Below, piece after piece: positions 37,537 to 50,509 of a stretch of DNA of 64,000 nt. The notes below the pieces were generated by a model. It did no database searches, was not told where the DNA came from, and saw only the letters and a list, made by a program, of their open reading frames with translations. Source of the stretch: Podarcis gaigeae (lineage: Eukaryota); NCBI GenBank assembly GCA_964106915.2, contig OZ066923.1; one strand, 5' to 3'. Position 1 is the first letter of the stretch, and every line of letters begins with the position of its first letter. The position numbers were made by a program, and so were the translations under genes.

Positions 37537-38968
37537 AAACACCTAAACTTTACTATGAATCAGCAGCATTCTGCTGGTTGAAAGACTGGCTGCTTCTTGA
37601 GAACACAGACATTTTGGATTTAGAAGGTTTTAACAATGTTTTTGGGTGGCATGCATATCTGTGGTATGACAAGGTTAAAGCACATAAAGCATTTAAAAAC
37701 CATATTGTCAGGAAAGCATTGTTCAATGTTTGGATAAGATATAAGGATTTATTGGAAAATAAAACCCCAAGGTGGTTGTCACCAATGGAAGCAAAAGCCC
37801 AGAAAAAGCTCAATATGGAGGCCGAATGTCCGAAATATTGGGAAATTTTGGAACAAGAGGGAGATAGATTGAAACTGCAGAGTTTTGAGAAACTGAAAAA
37901 CAAAGTGCGAGATTGGCTTCATTATTATCAGATAATGGAGGCATATAATTTGGACAAGAAAATTGGCTTCCAGGTGGAAAAATCAAAATTAGAAACAGAA
38001 CTGTTAGAACCCAAACTAAGATTTTGTCAAAGATGTATAACTTGCTGTTGAAATGAAACACTCAGGATGAAACGGTGAAATCTGCTATGATTAAATGGGC
38101 ACAAGATGTTGGACATAACATTATGTTTGCTGACTGGGAACAGTTGTGGACCACAGGTATAAAATTCACGGCATGTAATGCCTTAAGAGAGAATATTATG
38201 AAAATGATATACAGGTGGTACATAACCCCAGTCAAGCTCGCAAAAATCTATCATTTGCCCGATAATAAATGTTGGAAATGTAAAGAAACTAAAGGTACAT
38301 TCTTTCACCTTTGGTGGACGTGCCCAAGGATCAAGGCTTTCTGGGAAATGATCTATAATGAAATGAAAAAGGTATTTAAATATACCTTCCTGAAGAAACC
38401 AGAGGCCTTCCTTCTGGGCATTGTCGGCCAATTGGTGTCAAAGAAGGACAGAACTTTTTTTATGTATGCCACAACAGCAGCAAGAATACTTATTGCAAAG
38501 TATTGGAAGACACAAGATCTACCCACTTTGGAAGAATGGCAGACGAAGGTGATGGACTATATGGGACTGGCAGAAATGACGGGCAGAATCCGAGACCAGG
38601 GAGAAGAGTCGGTGGAAGAAGATTGGAAGAAATTTAAAGACTACCTACAGAAATATTGTAAAATTAATGAATGTTAGAACGATGTTGGATAGAAATTAAG
38701 TGGTTTCCAGCTGTAATGCTGTAAGAGAATATGAAAAAAAGGTTATAAACAGGTAAAAATCTAAGGGTAAGGATTTGCTGAACCAACAATTCGAAGTGGA
38801 ATACAAAGGGAGGTATGAGGAGGTCCGGGAAATAAGTTAAAGGAAAAGTAGTAAATGGAAAATCTGTGTGTTTTTAATTATTTTTATTTTGTATTTTTGT
38901 TATTTTCTTTTTTTCATTTTTATTGTGATACTTTAAAAAACCTTAATAAATATTCTATTAAAAAAACA
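37537..38968 (+). mobile_element. 5'-truncated L1-clade LINE (ORF2 C-terminus with a frameshift and a stop), antisense within PARP12 intron 7
   Basis: ORF pieces 37578-38051 and 38075-38677 are homologous to the 47197-48957 ORF; frameshift near 38012 and TGG>TGA near 38054; AATAAA and A-tail at 38945-38966; flanked by a 177-bp direct repeat. Confidence 0.93.
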
Positions 38969-39145
38969 CAAAATCTTTTAGAATATAATCTGCAGGAAAC
39001 TTCATCGCTGGCTGATGAAGCAGAGATGAAACCAATTAATATGGGGCAAAATTGAAAGAAGGCCTATTTGGCTTCTGAAACTCCTGATTTAGAAGATAGA
39101 TCTCCATGCAAGGTCCATTCTATACCTGTACCACAGAAGCCATCT
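38969..39145 (+). repeat. 177-bp direct repeat, copy 2 (right flank of L1)
   Basis: Matches 37360-37536 at 175 of 177 positions; begins right after the L1 A-tail. Confidence 0.92.
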
Positions 39146-40901
39146 TAGAAAAGACCACCGCCGTCTAATAAACAGAATAATCCCTCCGGTTGAGCAGAAG
39201 GCTTTTTATTCTATCTTGGCTTAACAAAATATGAATTACTCTTCTGGCTATGCATGTAGCCCCTTCTCCTCTCTCTTTGAAATGAACCAAGGAACAACTG
39301 ACTATAGTCCAAACCAGGAAACGATGGTTACCAACTTCAGAACAAGCAAGGATATCAAGCCATGGCTTGGAAGAAGTCCACCTGATTTTGTTTGCTCACC
39401 TAAGTAAAGGGCTGCATGCAGAGACACAAGGCTCATTCATACCTTGGCTTATTAGGCGGAAATATGTTCATCTGAATGTGGCCATTGTGTGGCCTTAGTT
39501 CAATGGTAGAGCACATATGCTTTGCATGCAGAAGGTTCCAGCATCTACAGTAAAAAAAAGATACTAGATAGCATGGCAAGGAAGGACCTCTGCTATGGAG
39601 AGCTTTTTAAGTATACATTACCAGGTTAGAGGGATCAATGGTCTAGCTCAGTATACAGCAGCAGCAAGTGGACTTCTGGCACTGGGGTGGAAAACCTGAT
39701 CGAACCAGTGGGCCAGATCCTTATCTCCCCTACCTCCTATGGGCCAAATATGACAAGAGGTTACACACCTGTCAAATCACCTGATGTCACAATGACATCA
39801 TGCAATGTTTCATGGGATTTGGGATTCACGAAGAACCCTGTGCAGCGCTGATCAGCAGACTTGGAAGTCACCACCTAGCAACTAATGGGAAGTGATTTCA
39901 AGCCGGTTTTCTTCATGGGTAGAGCTTCCCCCAGCAGCAGGGAAGAGAATTCTGTCGACATCAGGGCTTAAAGAAAGGGTTTGGAATGCACTTCAAAGTC
40001 TTCCAAAGAACTAGACATCTGCATGGATACGATGCATGACGTGGATCCAGCTGTTTCTCTACCTGCTGCACACCTGACATCACATTTGACAGGTGTGCAA
40101 ATATCCAGAGTGTGGGGTCAGGTGGCATAACTGTGAGGAATTATAAAATATGCGTCAAGCCATTGTGTCCACGATGAATGCATTGTGTTGACTGGGTTTA
40201 ATTCATTGACAATAATTTCTGATCAAATCCCACAACCCTCTGCATCTCTGGCCATTTCCTCTACTGCCCATCTCTCTTGCTTGACAAGTCATGTATGCAG
40301 CCCAGTTGCTTCCAGTTGCTTCGCCAGACAGGCATCCTGGGCCATAAAGATAGTGGGCAAGTTTCTTTGATGTAGCTTTTCTGATATGTTAATCTTAGGG
40401 CCAGGAAACAGATCTCATCTGAAGGTGATAATGATCGCTGTCCTCCTGGCCATCCTTCTTATCATGTATATTGCTTGTTTATCACCTCCAGGGTTGCCAA
40501 ATGCACTCCTTTGTAGTTCTGTTTTGTTTACCCCAAAAGTATGTGTGCTTAATTAGTTTTGGTAGTTTAACTTTGTCCCCACATGGGGTTTGTTGAAATG
40601 CTCAGAAGAAATCTGATTGGTTCTTACGAACACTCTGTAAAAAGTTCTTTTGTGAATAAAACCACCTGGGTCAGGGGGTGGACAGAGACTATTATACGCA
40701 CCCTTCCCAGAGTCTTGCTGGTTCAAGCCTCTGTGTGTATTCTTATTAATCAGAGTTCAATCCTTCCTTTACTTTGAGAACGCCTGACAGGTGGGCAAAA
40801 CTGGGACCCATGCCGAGCCAAATCTGGCCCAAAAAGTGTTCCTTGCCCCTGTTCCAGCAGATTATATTTAAGCACACCTCAGTTGATTCAATGAGACCTA
40901 C

Positions 40902-41022
40902 CTTTGAAATCAAGCTCGTATTTGTGTTTTCCAGCTGAAAACGTGAGTGTTGGAGACGCTTCAGACTGATAGGCTTTTTCCAAGTCAAAGCAGGACACTG
41001 TGGCGGCAGAGTGATCAACATC
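40902..41022 (-). CDS. PARP12: PARP12 exon 7, second WWE region
   Basis: tgctag acceptor, gtaggt donor; DVDHSAATVSCFDLEKAYQSEASPTLTFSAGKHKYELDFK; 121 bp. Confidence 0.92.
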
Positions 41023-41786
41023 CTAGCAGCAGAGAAGAAATCACATCCCTTTTTAAAAATAGAAAGCCAAGAACTTTCTTTGAGGAAACCTTACAATCTA
41101 CAGGGGTCTAAAGCGTGAGATATACTGGACTGTACAAAAAAATATTCACCCTTTATAAGCAAGCATGCATGGGATGGATTTGCAACAATTGCTCAGAACA
41201 TTAGAGAGGCAAGAAATGACTAGAAAGCAAGACAGTGTTTCTCCATTAAGTGGAATAGATTTTCAAAGTTCGGCAAAATCAGGTAGTCGAAAGGCACAAA
41301 ATCCAGTCAGAAGTTGTTATTTAAAAGCCAGAGAAACTAAAAAAGATCTTCAATTAGCACCAAACAGACTGCAAAGGCATCACCAGCTGAGCCTCCTTGG
41401 GGAAAACATTCCCTAACAGTGGCAACACCAGCATGAAGGCTCTTGGTTGTTTTTGTTTTTTGTTTAGTACCGTTCCTGCTTTATTTGTTGCACTTAAAAA
41501 AAATTATGCTTCCTATTTTGTTTTGGGAACAGCAATATTGAAGGACTGGGCAGAAATGTTCCAAATAAATAAATCTGACCCACAGGTGTGGTCTTAAACA
41601 GAGTTCTGATCTACTTCAAGGAAGACTACACAGAAAAATGTTCCAGCAGGTTGTGAAGCAAGACAATTGCTGAGAGAGGGATGCCAACTAGATTTCAAGC
41701 TTGTCTATCTGCACCACTTTACAATGCTCAAAAAGGGTCACCACAATACGACTTGCTTCAGTGCAGCATGACCCCATGTTACTTAC

Positions 41787-41964
41787 TTCCTTTCCATATT
41801 CATTCCACACCCCATATTCATCCTTCCAGTACCAGATCCAATCAGTTGTGAGAATATAGTGAGGCGCCATGGTCACAGAAGATGCAGTGGAGAGCCGTCT
41901 AATTTTGGCAGTGCCACAAGTCATACTGGAGAAAATGATGTCTGCAGCGCTGTTGTAGTAAGTT
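41787..41964 (-). CDS. PARP12: PARP12 exon 6, WWE region
   Basis: C-rich tract and gcacag acceptor, gtaagt donor; TYYNSAADIIFSSMTCGTAKIRRLSTASSVTMAPHYILTTDWIWYWKDEYGVWNEYGKE; acceptor chosen to keep the frame. Confidence 0.88.
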
Positions 41965-42941
41965 CTGTGCACAATTGGGTTTCGGGGGGGTGGGGGGGGT
42001 GTTAGAGTCAACTTGAAAGATTTCCAAAGAACTAAATATTCTTTACTACTAATAATGTTGAGATCTGCTACTTTCTGCAAGCCAGCATGATTTTTTTAAT
42101 TATTCCACCCTTAACCAAGAGTAATTTCATTGTTAAAAGCATTTAAAGCAGTGACGCTGTGCTGCAAATTCTCCCTTTTTCATGAAGAAGTTTCCAGGAG
42201 GCTGGTGTGCTTCTCCCCCAAACTCCCTGAAGCTTAGATTGTTTTTCACAGATGAACTGTCCCAGTTGGCTACTGCTGCAGCACTATTCTTTTTTTCCCA
42301 TCCCCAGACTAGCTTTTTTCCTTATAGTGACTAGTTAATTTTGACTAGCTCCATGAAGTTCTGTAATGATGTTGCCGTGAGAATCCCGGGAACTGTAGTT
42401 TGTTAAGGGTGCTGGGAATTGTAGCTCTGTGCAGATGAATATACAGTTCTTAGGATTCTTCGGGGGAATGCATGTGCTTCAGATGTGTGTTGAATGTGTT
42501 TTTAATGTACGGTGTGGATCTGCCCTCGCTTTCAGTGGGATATTATTCACGGTTAAAGTCAGATCATATCCCAAGTGTTAAAAAAGCATGCGGATGCCAC
42601 AACTGCAAGTCCCATTCTGCCATCTTGAGACCTAGAACCCTCCCTTTCAACCTCAAGATGGCGAAAAAAAACTTCCATGAATCTAAGATGACTTCTAAGA
42701 CTGCACAAATATAATTTTAAAAGAGCCCAAACACACATACACAATGCATTTTGGTTCTTTTCCCCACATGAAGCCTAAGCCGATTTCAAATGTTTCCCCA
42801 CCAGCTTAAATCAAGGCTCTGTGCACTACAAAAGCAGTTAAGCCATTAAAAAGACAAAATAAAACATTCAAGTAGTAATCCACCAGCAGAGTTAATTACT
42901 AAAGAAAATATAAACAAACAGCAAAAAGACCTGTATCGCTA

Positions 42942-43145
<204 letters not shown>

Positions 43146-44179
43146 TCATCTACCCATGGGCTTTACTGAAGAAACACTGAGGGGCTGGTGCTAAACACAC
43201 AGGATGTGAAGCGAACCACAAATGCTTGCAAGGAGAAAGCTGGGACAAGGCGTTCAGAATTTTCCATTTAACCAGTTGTCTCCATCCAGTTGAGGAGAGG
43301 GAAGCCTGCAAATCCAAGGCTCACTTAGGATTGATTAATCTACATTCATACTAAACATGCAAATACAACCGAGACATTTGTCATTTAAGGTTACTACATT
43401 CATATGGTATACTCAAGCACTCAAGGTGGTTTGCAATTTAAAATAATGGATTGCAAGCCAAGAGACATGACACAAAAGGAAAAAGGAACTGCAAGGGAAG
43501 AAGAAGGTAAGCACCTATCATCTGGACCTTGTTCATGGCATGGAATGTAGGACAGCACACCCAAAACTGACCTACAGGTTATATTATGCACAGGTAAAAG
43601 CATTTGGATTTTAGGACCACTAGGAACATGCCATCTCCAGATGGACCAAGGGGGAGGACAGGTTTATACTCCCCCATTGCTACACACGAGCCAGATATCG
43701 CTACACACGAGCCAGGCTGAAGATACAGTATTGTTTAAACCAGTTACATAACAACTGCGTGGAATGGCTGGAGCAGTTCTGGGAGAGGGTCTTGCTTACT
43801 CACCTTCCAAAGCAGCCAGGTGCAATGGTTGCTGATGGCATGATAGTCCAGATGTAGCCCTGCCAGTATAAAAGTATCAATACTTCCCTGTCTCTATTAG
43901 AATTGATTCTCCTGATGCCTGCTAAGAATTCAGCCTGCCTACTTTGCAGTGAGTCATATGGGCATCTTAGTCACCTTGAAGTTAATCTAACAGCCAGCCA
44001 TTTACAATATGGTGCTGAAGTGCAGAAACTTAATGCTACTGTAGGAGTAACAGAAGAGCAGCACATTTTTATTTAAAGTTGGTTTGAGAGAGGGAATTTT
44101 TTTTGAAACTTTTGTTTTTAAACAAATAAAAATACAAGAACCATTAAACATCCAGCAGTACATCTAATGACCTTTAAGC

Positions 44180-44462
44180 CAGTGTTTCCCAAACTTGGGT
44201 CTCCAGCTGGTTTTTTGGACTACAGTTCCCAGCATCCCTAGCTAGCAGGACCAACTGCAAGGATGATGGGAACTGTAGTCCAAAAACACAGCTGGAGACC
44301 CAAGTTTGGGAAACACTGCTCTAGACCAGTGTTTCCCAACCTTGTGCCTCCAGATGTTTTTGGCCTACAACTCCCATCATCCCTAGCTAGCAAGACCAGT
44401 GGTCAGGGATGATGGGAGTTGTAGGCCAAAAACATCTGGAGGCACAAGGTTGGGAAACACTG
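44180..44462. mobile_element. Two adjacent palindromic hAT MITEs (44180-44318 and 44327-44462)
   Basis: TIR CAGTGTTTCCCAA; the second copy is flanked by the perfect 8-bp TSD CTCTAGAC. Confidence 0.85.
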
Positions 44463-45447
44463 CTCTAGACATAAACTTATACATTCAACATTCAAACATT
44501 TTACTTAATGTAACCTGTCTACTGAGAATATTGAACAGGTGGTATAACAAGGTCTTAATTTGGGCCATTAACATAGAGGTTTGGGGTTTTAAGCCCCAAA
44601 AGTAAACTAGTGAGTTTAGTAAACACTTAATAAATCAACATGGTAGAAAACAGAATAGCAAGGATGCTTAAATATTTGCAAAAAATACCTTCCCATCACA
44701 AATGGATGGGGGACCTCTTCCACCAAGCAGGTCCGATCTTTGTCTCCAGCCACTCTGTGGGTCAACAATGACAAGTGAGAGGGGCCACCTATACGTCAAT
44801 CATCTGACATCATGGGGTAACACGCTGGCAAAGCAGCATCTGGCAATACTATACTCTCTGATGAAGGGTTTCATTCATCTTGCTCTCTGCCAGGGCCTGC
44901 TTCACAGGCAATATGCTTGCAACCAGCACCCAGCAGGACTGAGAGTTTCCTTCCCAGCCAGTATCTGATGTCACACATTTACATCAGAGGATTTAAATGA
45001 TGGCATGGTGGGAGGAGAAATGGCCTCATGGGCCAAACTGGACTCCCTTGGTGGGCCAATATTGGCTTGTGGGCCAGAGATTCCCCACCCCTGGCATAAG
45101 GGGAATTATTATTGCATATAGTCCACGTCAGGCAATTTAAGAGACACCACTCAATTCATACGCACAAGTACAGAATAAAGTAAAGGGATCTTCTTCAAAG
45201 TACATCTGTTGCAGGCAGGGGCAAGTAAAAGAGAGAGGCTAGCATACTAGCCGACATTATTTTTCAAGTGGCTCAAGGCGAAATAAATAATAAAGTTTAA
45301 ATAATAATTTCTTAGGGAATGATGCCAATAGATCATTTTTGCAAAGTTTGAAAGTACATAAAAACAAGGGGGGATGGACAGTGATACATACGCACACATG
45401 CAAAAGAAAAGCTTGATAGAATCCAACACAGGTTTTATTTCACTTAC

Positions 45448-45549
45448 CTTGAAAGCTACAACTTTTCCTAATGTGGTATAAGCATATAAAATCTGAATCT
45501 TCGCTGCTGTTTGTGGTTGATGGTACCTGACCGCTGCTCAATTTTCTTT
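45448..45549 (-). CDS. PARP12: PARP12 exon 4, start of CCCH finger 5
   Basis: ttctcag acceptor, gtaagt donor; ERKLSSGQVPSTTNSSEDSDFICLYHIRKSCSFQ; 102 bp. Confidence 0.93.
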
Positions 45550-46901
45550 CTGAGAAAGCAGGAAAACACAGACTCTAGCTCAGTGTTTCGCAACCTGAGG
45601 ATTGCACCTGGTAACTGGACTACAAAGCCCGTGCAAGTGGGTTGCAGGCTTTATAAGTAAACCCAAATTTATTCCATGTAATCTTCAACTGGTATGATGA
45701 ATATTCTTCTAACATTTTGCTTAGCATATTCTTAGCATCATTACATATCTTTAGGCGCCAGGTGAAAACATTTCTGTATAACCAGCTGATGAACATTGTA
45801 TGGCTTTTTTAATGTGTTTGTGGGAAGGGGGTTATTGGTTTGTTTTTATTTTATTATGTATTTTGGATTTTCTTTTTGTATTTTTATGTTGTGAACCACC
45901 CTGAGATTTTCAGATGAAGAGGTATACAAATTTAATAAATAAACATCTTGACTGCTCTGGGTTCCTGAGTACTTCGAGATCTGAAAACCCAGTTAGAGTT
46001 GTCTTCCTCAAGTCAGTGCTTAAATAATAGTCATTCCTACTAGATATTTTAAATGTGGCAGTTGTTCATATTGTGCACAACCTTTACAACTTAAACAATG
46101 CATTCAATTCTGTAGATGGCAGGTTTTTATCGAAAAGTTCCACTACTGGCCAATCAGTTAATGTTATACATCTTATTATGTCCTTGTCCTTTTATATATA
46201 GGACAAACTAGAAGAGACGAGAATGTTTGCTTTGTGAGCATCAAAGCAAAATCTCTGCACACATCAAGGAAGCCCAATTAATTAATGCAAGCCTACTCCT
46301 GAGGAGTTAGAAAGATTTTTTTTGTTACAGAACAAGTACACGGGTCTTTGTACAAAGGGAAAGATCCCCATGTAACATTACATAAATGTGAGGCATATCG
46401 GGTTTCTATGTTTGAACTCTGTAAATCCTAATGGACTCAACAGTAAGTCTAACCAATCTGCATTCTTGTAACATCTGTTTCCAATTACTAATAATTAGTC
46501 ACAGGAGGTAGCAGGTTCACAGCTATTACAAATTATGTTTCATGAAAGTAGTGGTTATGCTGTTTTAGCCCTGGGAAGAGTGGAAGAATGTAATGGGTGA
46601 AATTTCCTATTTGCGTCCTTTATAAGGGTATTTCTTGCATATTTTGAAAAAGTATATGATATATAACATTAGGTCATGTTCACAATGAAGAACTCATGAT
46701 GAAAGCAGCTGCTCTGGTTAATGAGCTTTTATCAGTCAGAGGTGCATTTAAAGAAGCTGGTTGCAGCCCACAAAGAAGTTTTGTTGTTAAAACTCTTCCC
46801 AAGGACTCTAGATTACTTTTATGTGAAAAAGACCAATTAGCTGAAACAGACCAGTGTTCTGTCTCCAACTATTACGCCATATTTCTTTTACTCATTTTAT
46901 T

Positions 46902-48997
46902 TTTTTTTTTTTAATAAAATTTTTATTAGGGTTTTTTACAGAATAGAATACAAAGACAATAAACAACCTTACTTTTATCTCAACAGAATTTCATAACTTC
47001 TTTGGACTTCCTCACATCTCCCACTGCCAATTTCATCATCATAAATTTTTTTCATGCAATTTATCATCTAGTTTGCAAATTTTATAACCGCTTATTTAAA
47101 TATAGTTCTCTGAAAATTTGTTTCTCTTAATCTCGCTTTACATCCCATTCCAATCCGATTTTGTGGTGGCCAATTATTTATGATCAAACATCCTACTTAA
47201 CTTTCCACCAAATCACAATATTTTTGTAAATAAGTCTTAAATTTCCTCCAATCTTCTTCAACCCTCTCTTCTCCCAGGTCTCGAATTCTGCCAGTCATCT
47301 CTGCCAGTTGCATATAATCCATCAGCTGCATCTGCCATTCTTCCAGCGTGGGTAGATCTTGAGTTTTCCACTTCTTAGCGATAAGTATCCTTGCTGCTGC
47401 TGTTGCGTACAAAAAGAATGTTCGATCCTTCTTTGGCACCATCTGGCCGACAATGCCCAAGAGGAAGGCCTCTGGTTTCTTAAGGAAGGTATACTTAAAT
47501 ACCTTTTTCAGCTCATTATATATCATTTCCCAGAAGGCCTTCACCCTGGGACAAGTCCACCAGAGGTGAAAGAATGTTCCTTCATTTTCCTTACATTTCC
47601 AACATTTATTGTCTGGCACATGGCATATTTTGGCAAGTTTAACTGGGGTCATGTACCACCTATATATCATTTTCATTACATTTTCCTTCAGAGCATTACA
47701 TGCCGTGAAGTTCATCCCCGTGGTCCACAACCTTTCCCAATCCTCAAACATAATATTATGCCCAATATCCTGTGCCCACTTTATCATAGCCGACTTAACC
47801 ATTTCATCTTGTGTATTCCATTTCAACAGCAAGTTATACATTCTTGAGAGTACTTTAGTCTTAGGTTCTAACAATTCTGTTTCCAACTTCGATTTCTCCA
47901 CCTGGAATCCTAACTTTTTATCATTTTTAAAAATTTCTTGGATCTGAGCGTAGTGTAACCAGTCTCGCACTTTGTCTTTCATTTTTTCCAAACTCTGCAA
48001 TTTCCAATTATTGCCCTCTTTCTCTATTATTTCCCAATATTTCGGCCATTTGGCCTCCATATTGGGTCTTTTTCGGGCCTTGGCCTCCAGAGGTGATAGC
48101 CATCTTGGAGTTTTATTTTCCAATAGGTCTTTGTATTTTGTCCAGACATTAAACACTGCTTTCCTGACAATATGATTCTTAAAGGCCTTATTGATCTTAA
48201 CTTTATCATACCATAAGTATGCATGCCAACCAAATGCATTGTTAAAACCTTCCAGATCTAAGACATCAGTGTCTTCTAGAAGTAGCCAGTCTTTTAGCCA
48301 GCAGAAAGCTGCGGCTTCATAGTACAGCCTTAAGTCTGGCAGGGCAAAGCCCCCTCTTTCTTTCGCATCAGTTAATATCTTAAACTTAATTCTGGGCTTT
48401 TTGCCCTGCCAGACAAATTTAGAAATATCTCTCTGCCACTTCCTGAAACACTCCGTCTTGTCCACTATTTGCAATGTTTGAAACAAAAACAACATCTTAG
48501 GCAATACATTCATCTTAATAGCAGCAATTCGGCCTAGCAAAGAAAGCTTCAATTTTGACCAACTGTCCAAGTCTCTCTTAATTTCAGACCAACATTTTTC
48601 ATAATTGTCCTTAAATAGACTCAAATTTTTTGCTGTTATGTTTACCCCTAGGTACTTTACTTTTTTAACCACAGTTAGTTCTGTTTCTCTCTGAAACCGT
48701 TCTGACTCTGTATCTGTCAAGTTTTTTCCCAACACCTTAGTTTTCTGTTTATTTAGTTTAAAACCCGCTACCCGACCAAAGTCCTGAATCAATTGTAACA
48801 CTCTTTTTGTGCTAGATTCTGGCTCTTGCAATGTCAAAACAAGGTCATCTGCAAAAGCTTTAAGTTTATATTGTTTCGCTCCGATCTGAATCCCTTGCAC
48901 CAACCGGTCCCCTCTAATCAAGTTCAAGAGCACCTCCAGGACAGAAATAAACAGCAAAGGGGAAATCGGGCAGCCTTGTCGTGTCCCTTTTTCAATC
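46902..48997 (-). mobile_element. 5'-truncated L1-clade LINE (3' part of ORF2, 3' UTR, poly(A)), sense within PARP12 intron 3
   Basis: Uninterrupted frame 47197 to about 48995: GTRQGCPISP, FADD, KYLG, GGFALPDL and CWKC..HLWWTC knuckle; AATAAA and A-tail at 46902-46927; 19-bp TSD TTCTTTTACTCATTTTATT at 46883-46901 and 48998-49016. Confidence 0.95.
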
Positions 48998-49412
48998 TTC
49001 TTTTACTCATTTTATTGTTTATTCTTCCTGTACAACTCAGCTTCCTATGTTCACAATTCCAAACTGCTGGCCAACTTAATAATTGGTCACATGGCCCCAC
49101 TATTTTATCTGAAAGGTTCTCTTCTCCTTTCTTAGAAGGCAAGCCAAGATAGCTCTTAAAACTCACAGGGCAGTAGCTACAGACCCTGCCTCCCCATCTC
49201 CTTCACTGGGCAAAAGATTATCAATATATTTACAGCATTGCTATATTGATCTGGTTGGGGAAACCCAGTCAGATGGGCAGGGTATAAATAATAAAATTAT
49301 AATAATTATAATTATTAACCTTCTGTTCCTGACATTCACAGTGAGTAGCAGCTACTGTACTATCAATATTGGGGATTTCTATAGTGTTATAAAAGAGAAT
49401 GAAGCACTCTAC

Positions 49413-49680
49413 CTCTGCTAGTTGATGCTGTTGAGCTATTTTTGATGTCATATGCATTCCTGTAGATCAAGGGAATTTTGGTGATCGTGGCATGGCTCAT
49501 TCCTCGCTTCTCCAGCTTCTCGTAACACTCTGAGTTAGTAATGTCATGTGAGCGCTTGCAGGTACTCCCAAACCTGCACTCTCCTTGGAGGTAGTACTGA
49601 CAAATGTGGAGTTTGACACAGATCTTCTTAAAGGTGCAAGATCCATAGGGTCCGTCCCCTTTGTTATAGTATGGACATAT
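49413..49680 (-). CDS. PARP12: PARP12 exon 3, CCCH fingers 3 and 4
   Basis: ttgttag acceptor; ICPYYNKGDGPYGSCTFKKICVKLHICQYYLQGECRFGSTCKRSHD...IYRNAYDIKNSSTASTSR; weak donor AG|GTAGAG, chosen because phase 1 fits exon 4 and an in-frame stop follows shortly. Confidence 0.88.
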
Positions 49681-50509
49681 CTAACAACAAAAAGGAGGAG
49701 AAGAAGAAAAAATCAAGACACATAAATTCATTTAAAGCAAATAGACTAGAGTAAGATGTAAACACAGGAGTAGCAATGCCTGAATGTTTTCAAGGAGCAA
49801 GAGCAACGCGAATGTGGCCCTGTAACAAAATCAGAGCTCCATTCTATTCATATCTGTTTTCTGTCTTGTCACAGCACTCACTGAACATGCTCAGTCCTTA
49901 ATGGCCTGATTCGGAGTGTCTCCTCCCTTTCCTGTCTCTTCATTCTATACTTCCTCCCATTTGGCTGTCAGTCTCCACATCCCAACTTAGTCAGCCAACA
50001 TTCCATGCCAATGAGTTATAATGGGCTGTCTGCCCCCCGCCCAAAGGTTTTTTGCATAATTGGAAACCTTGGGGATAACCTCAAGTCTGCTCATACCTTT
50101 TTCTTGTGCATGGGTGGTGCTGTTTTGGCTACATGAGCTCAAGCGTTAGAAGCTATGACTTAGTATTAGGAATGACAAATTCTTAAAATCTGTGCTTTTG
50201 AGTAACTTGGCTTTCTTGGACTCCTCCTTTCTGTGTCTAGAATCAGCAGTCATGGGGGCTGCCATGTGTGTCATTACCAACCTATCGTACTGGCCCAGTA
50301 TGTTAAGAATTACAAATCTAGTTGCCAACATGGTGACTTTTCAGTTGTGGCTTTCAGTTGTGTCAGTATTACTCAGCCCAGTGTTCCAAAATTCCCCCAG
50401 GCACCACGTGGAGACCTCTGGACGCCAGATTGGCAATGGATATCTCCACCTGGCTGGCCTCTCCAGCTTTCTTACGCAGGTAAGCAGATGAGCTTATTTA
50501 TTGCATTTA

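Noticed and set aside
37360-39145. 177-bp repeats as LTRs or an assembly error
   Set aside because: No TG...CA ends, primer-binding site or polypurine tract; the interior is an A-tailed L1; the two copies differ at two sites. Long reads are still needed for certainty.
43679-43715. 16-bp near-tandem duplication GCTACACACGAGCCAG
   Set aside because: A local microduplication with no other supporting structure.
47359-48175. Plus-strand ORFs up to 162 aa
   Set aside because: Antisense shadows of the L1 ORF2.
47197-48957. 586-aa ORF as a host gene or domesticated reverse transcriptase
   Set aside because: It is 5'-truncated in the middle of the RT domain, has TSD and A-tail, and has a decayed sister copy in the same window. 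It is an L1 fragment.
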